DNA from: an uncultured Aquiluna sp.
GTDB taxonomy: Bacteria; Actinomycetota; Actinomycetes; Actinomycetales; Microbacteriaceae
Direction of reading: 5' to 3'
Assembly (NCBI GenBank): GCA_913775595.1
Contig: CAJYLB010000001.1
Location: 434,001 to 498,000, forward strand
DNA: 64,000 bases
The notes beneath the pieces were generated by a model. The model was not told the origin of the DNA. It saw nothing but the letters and a program-made list of their open reading frames with translations, and ran no database searches. A program made the translations under genes and the position numbers. Positions 1 to 11,867 of the stretch are shown here, piece after piece; the first letter of the stretch is position 1, and every line of letters starts with the position of its first letter.

Positions 1-2
1 CG

Positions 3-980
3 GTACGTGGTGTCACGACTAATCCGACGATTTTTGCCCAGGCGCTTTCATCGGACAGCTACTCGCCCGCCATCGCAGCCGAAAAGGCCGCTGGCAGTGA
101 CGCATCAAAGACAATCTTCAATCTCACGACTGAGGATGTGGCAAATGCTTGCAGCATCTTTGAGGGTGTTTACTCAGCAACCGCTGGCGTCGATGGCAGG
201 GTCTCTATCGAGGTCGAGCCAGGCCTAGCTCACGATGCACAAGCAACCATCGCTCAGGCAAAAGAGCTCTATGCAAAGGTCAATAGGGAAAACGTAATGA
301 TTAAGATTCCCGCGACTATTGCGGGTCTTGAGGCAATCACCGAGGTCACGGCAGCGGGCATCTCAGTGAATGTGACCCTTATCTTCTCCGTGGAGCGCTA
401 TGAGACGGTCATCGACGCCTACATGAGCGGACTCGAGAGAGCTATCGGGGCAGGCGTTGACGTGTCAAAGATTCACTCTGTTGCCTCGTTCTTTGTCTCT
501 CGCGTCGACACGGAAGTCGACAAGCGACTAGAAGGCTTGGGAAGAGCTGACTTGAAATCAAAGGCAGCGCTTGCAAACGCTCGTCTGGCCTACGACCTCT
601 ACCAGGCTCAATTTGCTTCTGAGCGCTGGCAGGCGCTCTCGCAGCAGGGGGCCAGAATCCAGCGACCTCTCATGGCTTCGACCGGGGTGAAAGACCCAAA
701 CCTGCCTGACACGCTTTATGTAACTGAACTGGTCGCTGCGGATGTAGTCAACACAATGCCAGAGAAGACAATGATGGCGACAGCAGACCACGGAGAAATC
801 CCTGGCAACTCCATCGTCCCAAACATTGCGGATGCCAAGCAGGTTATGCAGGATCTCGCGGATGCTGGAATCGATTTTGCCGATGTAACAGAGAGCCTCG
901 AGAGCGAAGGCGTCCAGAAGTTCATTGACTCTTGGGATGATCTAGTTGCGACTGTGACCTCAGCTTTGGACAACGCATGA
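3..980 (+). CDS. tal: Transaldolase (5' partial, runs off the window edge)
   Basis: The frame is open from base 3 ([15 protein letters not shown]). Motifs [35 protein letters not shown] and NTMPEKT are present. Confidence 0.96.
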   Translation, partial: VRGVTTNPTIFAQALSSDSYSPAIAAEKAAGSDASKTIFNLTTEDVANACSIFEGVYSATAGVDGRVSIEVEPGLAHDAQATIAQAKELYAKVNRENVMIKIPATIAGLEAITEVTAAGISVNVTLIFSVERYETVIDAYMSGLERAIGAGVDVSKIHSVASFFVSRVDTEVDKRLEGLGRADLKSKAALANARLAYDLYQAQFASERWQALSQQGARIQRPLMASTGVKDPNLPDTLYVTELVAADVVNTMPEKTMMATADHGEIPGNSIVPNIADAKQVMQDLADAGIDFADVTESLESEGVQKFIDSWDDLVATVTSALDNA

Positions 981-2539
981 TCCAGGTCGGCATCTCGGAA
1001 GACTTCCGGCCACTGGTTGAGCCTGCAGTCCGTCGTTTGATCGAAGATCAGATCAGTTCGCGACTTGCAGAAAAGGATGACACCATCTGGGGTCCCTTAG
1101 CTCAAGAAGAAGCGAGTAAGCGACTTGGGTGGGTCAGTTCAGCATCCGACTCTGCCGGTCTTCTAGGAGAGATATTTGCGCTTCGCGACTCGCTCAGGGA
1201 AACAGGTATCGATCGGGTAGTCCTCTGCGGCATGGGAGGCTCCTCCCTTGCTCCCGAGGTCATCTGCAAGAACTCCGGAGTTGACTTGGTTGTGCTGGAC
1301 GCAACTTCACCCGACCAAGTAGCTGCGGCACTTACAGATCTCGAGAGAACTGTTGCGGTGGTGTCCTCAAAGTCTGGCTCGACGGTTGAGACAGATAGCC
1401 AGAAGAGAGCCTTCGAGAGCGCCTTTAGCGCAGCTGGCATTGATGCTAGAGAACGAATTGTCATTGTGACTGACCCGGGGTCACCTCTGGAGGTCGCGTC
1501 CCGCGAAGCCGGCTATCGAGTCTTCAACGCTGACCCAACTGTCGGAGGGCGTTATTCGGCTCTTACAGCTTTTGGCCTAGTTCCGGCCGGACTTGCTGGC
1601 GCTGACATCTCACAGCTTCTCTCTAGTGCTGCATCTGCCGCCACCTCACTGCACTACGACTCCGAGGACAACCCCGCGATATGGCTAGCAGCGGCAATGG
1701 CAGGCGATAGCGCCAGTTGGGACAAGTTCCTGATCGAAAGTGACGCTTACCCAGGGTTTGGTGACTGGGTAGAGCAGTTGGTTGCGGAGAGTACAGGCAA
1801 GGAAGGACGCGGTGTACTTCCCGTGGTCGTCACGAGTTCCGCTCCAGAACTAGCTTCCACACCAGCGGACACTGTAACCATTCGAGCCAAGAACCCAAGC
1901 GCGCACTGCAGTTTTGAGGGCGACCTCGGTGAACTCTTCCTGCTCTGGGAGTGGGCAACCGCTCTCGCCGGATACCTTTTGGAGATTAACCCGTTTGACC
2001 AGCCAAACGTTGAGAGCGCAAAGGTAGCAGCCCGTGCACTCCTTGATTCTCCCCAGCAAGCCGCTGAGGTTGAGTTTGTGGACCGCGGAATGGCTGTCAG
2101 CTCAGCGGGGATCGAAATCGTCGGCCAGACGGTGGAGGCAGCGCTGGAGCAGCTCATGTCCCTCGCTAATGAGCACAGCTACTTCTCGTTCCATGTCTAC
2201 CTAAACCGCATGGAATACCCGCAATTTGAATCCTTGCGAGACATAACTGCAAAGCGCACGGGTCGTCCAACTACTTTTGGGTGGGGCCCAAGGTTCCTCC
2301 ACTCAACTGGGCAGTATCACAAGGGCGGTCCGAGTCAGGGGCTGTTCATTCAGATCACCGGTGAAGCTGGCATGGACCTAGAAATCAACGAGCGCCCATT
2401 CACATTCGGCGAACTCATCGCGGCTCAGGCAGCCGGTGATGCCAGAGTTATAGCGGAGAGCGGTGCTCCTGTAGTGTCCATTCACCTATCTGAACCTCTG
2501 GGACAACTTGAATTGTTGAAGAAGATCATCGAGTCGTGA
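977..2539 (+). CDS. pgi: Glucose-6-phosphate isomerase (actinobacterial type)
   Basis: Motifs [42 protein letters not shown] and [19 protein letters not shown] overlap with tal. Confidence 0.95.
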   Translation: MIQVGISEDFRPLVEPAVRRLIEDQISSRLAEKDDTIWGPLAQEEASKRLGWVSSASDSAGLLGEIFALRDSLRETGIDRVVLCGMGGSSLAPEVICKNSGVDLVVLDATSPDQVAAALTDLERTVAVVSSKSGSTVETDSQKRAFESAFSAAGIDARERIVIVTDPGSPLEVASREAGYRVFNADPTVGGRYSALTAFGLVPAGLAGADISQLLSSAASAATSLHYDSEDNPAIWLAAAMAGDSASWDKFLIESDAYPGFGDWVEQLVAESTGKEGRGVLPVVVTSSAPELASTPADTVTIRAKNPSAHCSFEGDLGELFLLWEWATALAGYLLEINPFDQPNVESAKVAARALLDSPQQAAEVEFVDRGMAVSSAGIEIVGQTVEAALEQLMSLANEHSYFSFHVYLNRMEYPQFESLRDITAKRTGRPTTFGWGPRFLHSTGQYHKGGPSQGLFIQITGEAGMDLEINERPFTFGELIAAQAAGDARVIAESGAPVVSIHLSEPLGQLELLKKIIES

Positions 2540-4056
2540 GCCCCAACCCACTCAAGAGCACTGAGGACATCAGGCTCCAAAAGATAGCGGGCCCGTCTGG
2601 CCTAATAATGTTTGGGGTCACCGGGGATCTCTCACGAAAGAAGCTGCTTCCTGCAATCTATGACCTGGCCAACCGCGGCTTGCTACCGCCGGCTTTCTCG
2701 ATTGTTGGGTTTGCAAGACGAGAGTGGTCTCGAGAAGACTTTGAGAAATTTGTCCACGATGCGGTGAAGCAGTACTCGAGAACTAATTGGTCCGAGTCTG
2801 TTTGGGAGCAACTGGTTCGGGGAATCAGGTTCGTCTCTGGCCAGCATGATGATGAGATCGCTTTTGGGAAACTCAAGCAGGTTGTCGATGAGCTCGACAG
2901 CGAGCGGGGCACGGCAGGTAATCACACCTTCTACCTCTCTATTCCCCCGAGAGACTTCCCCCTCGTTCTGGGGCAACTGGAGAAGTCCGGCCTCTCGCAG
3001 GCTGAAGAGGGTCAGTTTCGGAGGGTAGTTGTCGAGAAACCATTTGGCAGTGATCTCAAGAGCGCCATCGAGCTCAACGAGGTGGTGGAGAGAGTATTTC
3101 CGCCTGACTCGGTATTTCGAATCGACCACTATCTCGGCAAGGAAACAGTTCAGAATCTTCTTGCACTTCGTTTCGCAAATCAGCTTTTTGAGCCGATTTG
3201 GAGCAGTCAATTCATCGACCACGTCCAGATCACAATGGCCGAGGACATCGGCATCGGCGGTCGCGCCGGTTACTACGACGGTATTGGTGCAGCAAGAGAT
3301 GTGATCCAAAACCACCTCCTTCAGCTTCTGGCCCTCACGGCAATGGAGAAACCGAGGAGTTTTGATGCTGCAGAGCTCAGAAGCAGTAAGGAGGCTGTCC
3401 TAGCAGCCGTGAAGCTGCCAAATGATCTTTCAAAGCACACCGCGCACGGTCAATACGTTTCCGGCTGGCAAGGCGGTCAGCAGGTTGCAGGCTACCTCGA
3501 CGAAGACGGAATCACAGAGGATTCAAAAACCGAGACCTACGCCGCGATGAGGCTGGAGGTGGACACACCCAGGTGGCAAGGTGCACCCTTCTACCTTCGA
3601 GCGGGCAAGAGGCTGGGCCGCAGGGTTACTGAGATTGCAGTCGTTTTCAAGCGTCCGGAGCACCAACTCTTCGGCAAGGCCGAGACCGCCCAGCTCGGGG
3701 AGAATGCCCTAGTCATCAGGGTGCAGCCGAATGAGGGTGTGACGATCCGGTTCGGCTCAAAAGTTCCTGGACCAAGCATGCAGGTTCGAGATGTGACAAT
3801 GGATTTTGGTTATGGTCACGCCTTCACAGAAGACTCCCCCGAGGCTTATGAGCGTCTCATCCTGGATGTGCTGCTAGGCGAGCCACCCCTCTTTCCTCGT
3901 CAACGCGAGGTGGAGCTTTCCTGGCAAATCCTGGACCCAATTGTCAGGCACTGGGCAACTTCATCCTCACCCGAGAACTATGCGCCAGGTTCGTGGGGTC
4001 CAGAGTCTGCTGAGAAAATGCTTGAACGTGATGGAAGGAGCTGGAGGATACCTTGA
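2536..4056 (+). CDS. zwf: Glucose-6-phosphate 1-dehydrogenase
   Basis: Motifs FGVTGDL, EKPFG, RIDHYLGKE and RDVIQNHL; GTG start overlapping the pgi stop. Confidence 0.97.
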   Translation: MSPNPLKSTEDIRLQKIAGPSGLIMFGVTGDLSRKKLLPAIYDLANRGLLPPAFSIVGFARREWSREDFEKFVHDAVKQYSRTNWSESVWEQLVRGIRFVSGQHDDEIAFGKLKQVVDELDSERGTAGNHTFYLSIPPRDFPLVLGQLEKSGLSQAEEGQFRRVVVEKPFGSDLKSAIELNEVVERVFPPDSVFRIDHYLGKETVQNLLALRFANQLFEPIWSSQFIDHVQITMAEDIGIGGRAGYYDGIGAARDVIQNHLLQLLALTAMEKPRSFDAAELRSSKEAVLAAVKLPNDLSKHTAHGQYVSGWQGGQQVAGYLDEDGITEDSKTETYAAMRLEVDTPRWQGAPFYLRAGKRLGRRVTEIAVVFKRPEHQLFGKAETAQLGENALVIRVQPNEGVTIRFGSKVPGPSMQVRDVTMDFGYGHAFTEDSPEAYERLILDVLLGEPPLFPRQREVELSWQILDPIVRHWATSSSPENYAPGSWGPESAEKMLERDGRSWRIP

Positions 4057-4970
4057 TCGTAGATATGCCCAGCACAACCGTCTCAAAGATTGGTAAGCGA
4101 CTTCAGGAGCTGCGAGAGGCAGGTGGTGTCGTTGCACTCGGGCGGGTGCTGACACTAATTGTTGAGACTGACCTCCAGAACCTTGAGTCTGCAGTTACCG
4201 CTGCAAATGGCGCTTCCAAGCTGCACCCTTCCCGCATCATCGTCCTAGCAAAAGACCAAAGCAGAGGCGGCACAGATCGTTTGGACGCCGAAATCCGGGT
4301 TGGAGGGGATGCCGGGGCGAGCGAAGTAGTGATCCTAAGAGCCATGGGAAATGCGGCAAGCAATACAGAGTCGCTGGTGTCGGGCCTTATGCTGCCGGAT
4401 GCGCCAGTTGTTGCATGGTGGCCCTCGGAGTGCTCTGGCAACCCATCTGAAAGCCCAATTGGGGAGATCGCCTCGAGGCGCATAACGGACGCTTCCTCGC
4501 AGCCCGACCCAATGGCCTTCCTGCAACAACTTGCCACCAACTACACCCCGGGAGATGGAGACATGTCCTGGACCAGGATCACCCTCTGGAGATCCCAATT
4601 GGCAGCACTCTTTGATGCTCACGGTCACCGCAATGTCGAAAAGGTTGTCGTCTATGGTGCCCTCAGCTCCCCCAGTGCCCATCTGCTGGCAGCTTGGTTG
4701 GGGCAGAGTCTTAATGCTAAGACTGAGGTGACAGAGGCTCTGGATGGAAAGACCGTCCAAGGGATCGCTGGTGTAATTGTGAAGTTTGATTCCGGAGAAC
4801 TTCGGATTCTTCGCTCAGGACAGGTTGCATTGATTTCTCAACCAGATGCACCTGAATCTTCAGTCTTACTCCCCCAAAGAAGCGACATGGACTGCCTAGT
4901 GGAAGACATGCGCTATCTCGGAGAGGACAGCGTCTACGGCAAGGTGCTGACTGGGACTTTGGGTAGCTAA
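4053..4970 (+). CDS. opcA: Glucose-6-phosphate dehydrogenase assembly protein OpcA
   Basis: Motifs GRVLTL, HPSRII, LDAEIRVGGDAGASEV, LPDAPVVAWWP and DMSWTRITLWR; directly after zwf; TTG start with a GGAGG SD. Confidence 0.93.
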   Translation: MIVDMPSTTVSKIGKRLQELREAGGVVALGRVLTLIVETDLQNLESAVTAANGASKLHPSRIIVLAKDQSRGGTDRLDAEIRVGGDAGASEVVILRAMGNAASNTESLVSGLMLPDAPVVAWWPSECSGNPSESPIGEIASRRITDASSQPDPMAFLQQLATNYTPGDGDMSWTRITLWRSQLAALFDAHGHRNVEKVVVYGALSSPSAHLLAAWLGQSLNAKTEVTEALDGKTVQGIAGVIVKFDSGELRILRSGQVALISQPDAPESSVLLPQRSDMDCLVEDMRYLGEDSVYGKVLTGTLGS

Positions 4971-5653
4971 TGAACACGAATGTACTTGCAGACCCCGCAG
5001 CTCTCATAGCTCAAGCTATCGATGACTTTGGAAAACTGGTATCTCGGCTCCGCGAGCAGCAGTCCGAGTTAACTGTGCTGCTGACAGGTGGAACCCTAGG
5101 AATCGAATTTGTTGGCGCTCTTGGTAGATCTTCGATTGAGCTTCAAGGGGTCACTTTTATTTTTGGTGATGAGCGCTATGTTGACGTGGATCACCCAGAT
5201 CGAAATGAGCTACAGGCTCTGGATGTTTTTCCCGAACTGGAAGCTAACCTGCTTCGTTACCCGCAGCCCTCAGGGGGCTTAGATCAAGATGCGGAGCTGT
5301 TCAACAGGCGAATTAGTGAGCTGCTGGGACCGGTGGAAATGCCGCGGAAGCAAATTGATCTCGCAATCCTTGGCATGGGGCCAGATGGTCATATTGCTTC
5401 TCTGTTCCCAGGAAGGCTCCATGGAAAGGGCTGGATTGTCTCTGAGAGTGATTCACCTAAGCCCCCTAGTCAAAGGTTGAGTTTCAGCTACGAGGCACTC
5501 TCTAGTTCCGAGAGAGTGTGGTTCCTAGTCTCGGGTTCTGCTAAGGCAGACTCGTTGAGGAAAGTTTTTGCTGGTGAGCTCCCTGCGGCAAAGGTGCAGG
5601 GACTGGGTGAAACGACCTGGTATTTGGATAGCGAAATCAGCGACGCGCTTTAG
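4970..5653 (+). CDS. pgl: 6-phosphogluconolactonase
   Basis: Motifs LTGGT, GDERYV, LGMGPDGHIASLFP and SPKPPSQRLS; last gene of the pentose-phosphate operon. Confidence 0.94.
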   Translation: MNTNVLADPAALIAQAIDDFGKLVSRLREQQSELTVLLTGGTLGIEFVGALGRSSIELQGVTFIFGDERYVDVDHPDRNELQALDVFPELEANLLRYPQPSGGLDQDAELFNRRISELLGPVEMPRKQIDLAILGMGPDGHIASLFPGRLHGKGWIVSESDSPKPPSQRLSFSYEALSSSERVWFLVSGSAKADSLRKVFAGELPAAKVQGLGETTWYLDSEISDAL

Positions 5654-6014
5654 CAGCGGCAGCCGCTTTTTCTCGACGCTCACGAATTAGCTGAAGCGCT
5701 TCATCGAGGATTTGCTTGGCCTCGGCGTCGGTGCGACGCTCCTTGACGTAGGCGAGATGGGTTTTGTAGGGCTCAATCTTTGCAACCAGTGGCGGATTTG
5801 CCTTGTCTCTGCCGGCTGGGAAACCGCACGATGGGCAATCAATCTCTTGAGGAATGTCCTCTTCTTCAACGCTTGCTGCGAAAAAGGGGTGGTTTTCGTG
5901 CCCATTGGCACAGTAGAAACTGATGGTCACCTTATCTACCTGGTGACCGCGATCCTTCTCCCCCATTGGGCCGGCGCCAACCCTCGCACCTCTAATTGAT
6001 GGTGATGATGACAT
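5637..6014 (-). CDS. rbpA: RNA polymerase-binding protein RbpA
   Basis: IRGARVG N-terminus, YCANGH...CPSCG putative Zn site, KTHLAYVKERRT helix; downstream of secG as in other actinobacteria. Confidence 0.88.
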   Translation of the reverse strand: MSSSPSIRGARVGAGPMGEKDRGHQVDKVTISFYCANGHENHPFFAASVEEEDIPQEIDCPSCGFPAGRDKANPPLVAKIEPYKTHLAYVKERRTDAEAKQILDEALQLIRERREKAAAAAKARR

Positions 6015-6262
6015 TAGGCCCAGCCAAATCTCGTAAATAGTCCGAGAACGATGATCACCGTCACCCAGACAAGCCCCAAAATAACGGTGATGCGATTGAG
6101 GTTACGCTCAGCAACCCCTGAGGACTGCATTGAGCTGGTTACACCGCCACCAAACATGTCTGCTACACCGCCACCACGGCCCTTGTGGAGCAGAATCATA
6201 AGTATCAGTAGCACGCTGGTGATAGCTAGTAGCACCAGCAGGGCTGTTTGTAGAGCGGCCAT
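6014..6262 (-). CDS. secG: Preprotein translocase subunit SecG
   Basis: Two hydrophobic helices flank LLHKGRGGG..DMFGGG and ERNLNRIT; follows tpiA. Confidence 0.95.
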   Translation of the reverse strand: MAALQTALLVLLAITSVLLILMILLHKGRGGGVADMFGGGVTSSMQSSGVAERNLNRITVILGLVWVTVIIVLGLFTRFGWA

Positions 6263-6285
6263 TATTCCTCCGAAAACCTCGTCAA

Positions 6286-6291
6286 ATTATA
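6286..6291 (-). promoter_or_regulatory. Putative -10 box TATAAT for secG-rbpA, overlapping the tpiA stop
   Basis: Minus strand reads cTATAATttgacgaggttttcGGAGGaataATG: a perfect -10, a short leader and an SD. Confidence 0.6.
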
Positions 6292-7069
6292 GAACTATGT
6301 GCTTTTTATAGCGGGCAATACCCGAAAATTCCTCGGCAACCAAAGATGCACCGCCCACTAGCACACCATCAACCTCTTCACTTTGCAAGAACCCGGCAAC
6401 GTTGTTTGCCTTCACCGAACCTCCGTAGAGAATCCGAGAATTGGCCGCATCGTCGCCAAATTTCTCCTTCAAGGCCATCCGGATAGCCTTTGATACAGTC
6501 TCGGCCTCCTCAGGAGTTGCAACCTTGCCGGTTCCGATTGCCCACACGGGCTCATAGGCGATAACGAACTCTCCAAGCGACTCGTGTCCACCCAATGCTG
6601 CGAGGGTTTGCTCAACTGGAACGGCGCTTTGTCCGCGGGTCTCCAGCTCCTCAAGAGTTTCCCCAACGCAGATCACTGGCACCAGCCCCGACTTGAATGC
6701 GGCGGCAACCTTCTTATTCACACGATCGTCGTCGTCGCCTGCGAATTGCCTGCGCTCTGAGTGGCCAATTAGCACATACTCGACGTCGAGTTTTTTGAGC
6801 ATAATTCCCGAAATCTCACCGGTGTAGGCACCAGACTCGTGCTCGGAGAGATCTTGGGCCCCTAGCTTGACCTCAAACTTCTCGGCGTCAATCAGGGTCT
6901 GTGCACTTCTGAGGTGAGTAAATGGCGGGAAAATCGCAACCTCGACTTCTTTGTAGTCGTGGTCGGCATCGTTCAAGGTCCAACAAACCTTCTGGATTAG
7001 AGCGATCCCCTGGAGGTGGTCCAGGTTCATCTTCCAGTTGCCTGCAATTAGCGGGGTGCGGTTAGTCAT
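6287..7069 (-). CDS. tpiA: Triosephosphate isomerase
   Basis: Motifs AGNWKMN, GHSERR, AYEPVWAIGTG, LYGGSV and LVGGASL. Confidence 0.98.
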   Translation of the reverse strand: MTNRTPLIAGNWKMNLDHLQGIALIQKVCWTLNDADHDYKEVEVAIFPPFTHLRSAQTLIDAEKFEVKLGAQDLSEHESGAYTGEISGIMLKKLDVEYVLIGHSERRQFAGDDDDRVNKKVAAAFKSGLVPVICVGETLEELETRGQSAVPVEQTLAALGGHESLGEFVIAYEPVWAIGTGKVATPEEAETVSKAIRMALKEKFGDDAANSRILYGGSVKANNVAGFLQSEEVDGVLVGGASLVAEEFSGIARYKKHIVL

Positions 7070-8269
7070 CTAGGACCTCCAGTCCGGGTAGGGCCTTGCC
7101 CTCTAGATACTCAAGGCTAGCTCCGCCTCCGGTTGAGATGTGACCGAAGGCTTCCTCTGAAAAACCAAGCGCTCTTACAGCAGATGCAGAATCACCGCCG
7201 CCAACCACTGATAATCCATCCATCGCGGTTAGAGCCTGCGCTACCGCCCTGGTGCCGTGCGAGAAGTTCTCAAACTCAAAGACTCCCATCGGCCCGTTCC
7301 AGAAGACTGTCTTAGAAGCTGCTATTACGGAGGCTAAGTCCTTCGCGGACTCGGGTCCGATGTCCAGTCCAATCCCGGCCGAACCAAACTTGGAGTTGGC
7401 AATTTGATCAGCTGCGACAACCTCGTGCTCAGCGTCTTTGCTAAAGCCACTTGCGACGACGATGTCCGAAGGAAGCACTATCTCAACACCAAGACTCTCA
7501 GCCTGAGCGAAAAAACCTTTGACGGTGTCAATCTGGTCAGCCTCAAGCAGACTGGAGGCCACATCGTGCCCCTTCGCCGCGAGAAGTGTGAAGACCATTC
7601 CTCCGCCCACCAGAAGCTTGTCGACCCGCGGTAGCAGATTCTCGATCACAGCAAGCTTGTCGGAGACCTTTGAGCCGCCTAGAACAACTGCATAAGGTCG
7701 CTGGGGGTTCGCCGTCAATGACTGGAGAACCTCGACTTCGCGCTCAACCAGAAGCCCCGCGTAGCTTGGAAGTAGCTCTGCCAGCTCGTAAACACTCGCT
7801 TGCTTCCGGTGAACCACGCCAAAGCCGTCACTCACTAGAACATCACCAAGCTCCGAGAGTTGCTTTGCAAATTCCGAACGTTCGGCTGAGTCTTTGGAGG
7901 TCTCGAGCGGGCTGAATCGCAGATTCTCCAAGAGCGCAACGCCGCCGTCCTCTAGGACTTTGGATGCAGCTTTGGCCTGCGAACCAATTGTGTCGCTGGC
8001 AAAAATCACGGGTTGACCCAATAGTTCCTCGAGACGCTGTGCGACCGGCGCTAAAGAGTACTCCGGTTTTACTTCACCATCTGGCCTACCCAGGTGTGAA
8101 CAAGCGATCACTCTGGCGCCAGAGTCGATGAGGTGACGAATGGTCGGTAGAGCGGCTCGAATCCTGCCATCGTCGACAATCTGACCTGAATCTAGCGGGA
8201 CATTGAAATCACATCGCAGGATTACTCGCTTGCCGCTTAGGTCATTTAGCGAGCTGATGGATCTGAGCA

Positions 8270-8270
<1 letters not shown>
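7062..8270 (-). CDS. pgk: Phosphoglycerate kinase
   Basis: Motifs DFNVPL, SHLGRP, LLENLRF, GGSKVSDK, WNGPMGVFE and HISTGGGASLE. Confidence 0.98.
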
Positions 8271-9289
<1,019 letters not shown>

Positions 9290-9330
9290 TTATTGAACAA
9301 AAAGCCCCGCGCACCTTTGGGCGGACCGCC

Positions 9331-9948
9331 CTAGCCTAGCAGTAGAGACTTTGAGTGCACCGAAACCGAGCCGAATCGGCTAGCAACGTCTTCCCAGTTC
9401 ACAATGTTCCAAAATGCCTTCACGTAGTCGGCTTTTACGTTCTGGTAGTCGAGGTAGAACGCGTGCTCCCACATGTCGAGCATCAGCAGAGGGATGTTAC
9501 CCATCGCTAGGTTGCCCTGCTGGTCATAGAGCTGACCAATGATCATTCTGTTGCCCAGAGCGTCCCAGGCGAGATATGCCCAGCCCGATCCCTGAATTCC
9601 CATGGCGGCTGCGGAGAAGTGGCTCTTGAAGGCTTCAAAAGAGCCAAAGTACTCGTTTATCGCGGCTGCAAGTTCACCCTCTGGGGCTTGAGAGGACGGG
9701 CTTAGGTTCTTCCAGAAAATGCTGTGATTGACGTGACCTCCGAGGTTGAATGCGAGATCCTTCTGTAGCTTGGGGAGAGTGGCGAAGTTATCTTCACTTC
9801 TCGCCTTTTCCATGGCCTCGAGTGCTGCGTTAGCTCCAGTCACATAGGCCTGGTGGTGCTTTGAGTGATGCAGCTCCATAATTCGGGCAGAGATGTGTGG
9901 CTCGAGTGCTGAGTAGTCGTAGTTGAGTTCTGGAAGCTGGTAGGTCAT
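9331..9948 (-). CDS. sodA: Fe/Mn superoxide dismutase
   Basis: Motifs HHSKHHQAYV, FNLGGHVNHS, QGSGW and DMWEHAFY; strong SD AGAAGGAG. Confidence 0.96.
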   Translation of the reverse strand: MTYQLPELNYDYSALEPHISARIMELHHSKHHQAYVTGANAALEAMEKARSEDNFATLPKLQKDLAFNLGGHVNHSIFWKNLSPSSQAPEGELAAAINEYFGSFEAFKSHFSAAAMGIQGSGWAYLAWDALGNRMIIGQLYDQQGNLAMGNIPLLMLDMWEHAFYLDYQNVKADYVKAFWNIVNWEDVASRFGSVSVHSKSLLLG

Positions 9949-9992
9949 GGTTTCTCCTTCTGGTACTTAGTTCTAAGCGCTGTAAGGCGCGA

Positions 9993-10970
9993 TTATTCCT
10001 CGAGCAGGTCTGCAATTACCGATTCTGTGTCCGGAATACCAAGGTCAGCAGCCCGACGATCTGCGGTCGCCAGTAGCCTACGGATTCTTCCCGCGACGGC
10101 GTCCTTTGTCATGGGAGGCTCCGCGAGTCTTCCAAGTTCATCGAGCGAAGCATCCTTGTGCTTCAGCCTCAGCTCGCCTGCGTACTTGAGATGTTCCGGC
10201 GCATCCGCTCCAAGAATTTCTAGAGCTCGCTGCACCCGCGCACTGGCGGCGACTGCCGCTTGGGCGCTGCGTCTGAGGTTCGCATCGTCAAAATTTGCGA
10301 GACGATTTGCTGCACCCCTTACTTCCCTGCGGTTTCGAAGTTCTTCCCACTTATCAACCTGATCCACGCAACCCATTTGCCTCAGCAGTTCGGTGATGCC
10401 CTCCCCATCGCGAACGACCACCCTGAAGACATTTCGAACCTCACGCGCCTTCGCGTTTACTCCAAGGCGACGAGCGACTCCCACGAGAGCCATTGCCGAT
10501 TCGTTACCCGGAGCGGTTACCTCAAGAGATGTCGACCTGCCGGGGTCGGTCAGAGTTCCATGAGCCAAGAATGCGCCCCTCCAAATGGCCCGAGCCTCAT
10601 CCATCGTGGAGGAAACAAGGGTTGCGGGAAGTCCGCGCACTGGCCGACCGCGGTTGTCGATAAGTCCCGTCTGTCGCGCCAGCAATTCCCCGTCCCGAAG
10701 AACCCTGATTTGATATCCACTCTGCTTTCTAAGGCCGCCTGCAGATACCACGCTCAATTCGGCCTGAATCCCGTAGAGCTCCGCTATTGCGCGAGTCATC
10801 CTCCGGGCAAGGGTTGCGGAGTCGAGTTCAACCTCGATCGCAATGCGACCAGAAATCAGGTGAAGACCGCCGCAAAACCGAAGAATAGTCGCCAGTTCCG
10901 CAGCACGTACAAGGCTGTTGCCGGTGGGAACTCTTGCCAGTTCGTCCTTTATTGCCGCTGTCAGGGCCAC
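9993..10970 (-). CDS. whiA: DNA-binding protein WhiA
   Basis: [12 protein letters not shown]-terminus, [37 protein letters not shown]. Confidence 0.96.
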   Translation of the reverse strand: MALTAAIKDELARVPTGNSLVRAAELATILRFCGGLHLISGRIAIEVELDSATLARRMTRAIAELYGIQAELSVVSAGGLRKQSGYQIRVLRDGELLARQTGLIDNRGRPVRGLPATLVSSTMDEARAIWRGAFLAHGTLTDPGRSTSLEVTAPGNESAMALVGVARRLGVNAKAREVRNVFRVVVRDGEGITELLRQMGCVDQVDKWEELRNRREVRGAANRLANFDDANLRRSAQAAVAASARVQRALEILGADAPEHLKYAGELRLKHKDASLDELGRLAEPPMTKDAVAGRIRRLLATADRRAADLGIPDTESVIADLLEE

Positions 10971-10972
10971 TC

Positions 10973-11845
10973 TTACTCCCTACCCAAGTCTCTGTGCTGC
11001 ACGCTGATGGTCACATCAGCCTCCTTCTCAAGTCGTCTTGCAATTTCATTGGCCATAGCAACCGAACGGTGCTTCCCGCCGGTGCAGCCGATTGCAATCG
11101 TTGCAAATCTCTTGTTCTCATTTCGGTAGCCAGCCAGAACCCTCCCGAGCGAGGCCACATAATGATTTAGAAAGTCCTCAACTCCTGGCTGCTCAAGAAC
11201 GTAAGCCCGAACCTCATCGTCGTTCCCGGTCTGGGACCTCAGCTCTTCTTTCCAATGCGGATTTGCAATGAATCTGGCATCTGCCACGAGGTCAGCATCA
11301 ACCGGGATGCCATATTTGAAACCGAAACTCAGCACATTGATCTTCAGGGCCTTGGAATTGGTGGCGAAGGCCTCTGCAACCCTGTTTGTGAGCTGATGAA
11401 CGTTTGTCTCTGAGGTGTCGAACACAACATCTGCGCTCTCTCTCAGGCCTATGAGCTCAGTGCGCTCCTTTGTGATGCCATCCAGCACGGTGCCGTCTTC
11501 CTGGAGCGGATGAGGCCTACGAACCGACTCAAAGCGCTTCACCAGTGCGCTGTCGCTAGCCTCCAGAAAAAGCACTCTAACCGCTATGTCCCTTACTCTA
11601 AGCTCGCCGAGCTTGCTCTGAAGCTCGTTGAAGAACTCACCTCCCCGAACATCAGTGATGACGGCGATTTTTGGTAGCTTCGCCTTACTCAGAGCAAAGA
11701 GATCACTGATTGGACCGAGCATTTGCGGAGGCAGGTTATCGATTACGTACCAACCCTGATCTTCCAGGGCGTTGCCGACCGTAGAGCGGCCTGCACCGGA
11801 CATGCCGGTCACAACCAATAGCTCTGGTTTTCTAGAGTCGTCCAT
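10973..11845 (-). CDS. rapZ: RNase adapter RapZ / YvcJ-family P-loop NTPase
   Basis: Motifs [28 protein letters not shown] and [11 protein letters not shown]. Confidence 0.95.
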   Translation of the reverse strand: MDDSRKPELLVVTGMSGAGRSTVGNALEDQGWYVIDNLPPQMLGPISDLFALSKAKLPKIAVITDVRGGEFFNELQSKLGELRVRDIAVRVLFLEASDSALVKRFESVRRPHPLQEDGTVLDGITKERTELIGLRESADVVFDTSETNVHQLTNRVAEAFATNSKALKINVLSFGFKYGIPVDADLVADARFIANPHWKEELRSQTGNDDEVRAYVLEQPGVEDFLNHYVASLGRVLAGYRNENKRFATIAIGCTGGKHRSVAMANEIARRLEKEADVTISVQHRDLGRE

Positions 11846-11867
11846 CTCTCCCCTGATGATTGGTTAC

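Noticed and set aside
2683..3315. 210-aa - strand ORF and the many other 60-190 aa ORFs in the track
   Set aside because: They lie inside or antisense to well-supported genes, as expected for shadow ORFs at this GC content.
7874..7885. CCGAACGTTCGG palindrome resembling LexA half-sites
   Set aside because: It lies inside pgk, lacks the 4-nt spacer and is not near a gene start.
10260..11129. 289-aa + strand ORF
   Set aside because: Antisense shadow of whiA/rapZ with no recognisable motif or RBS.
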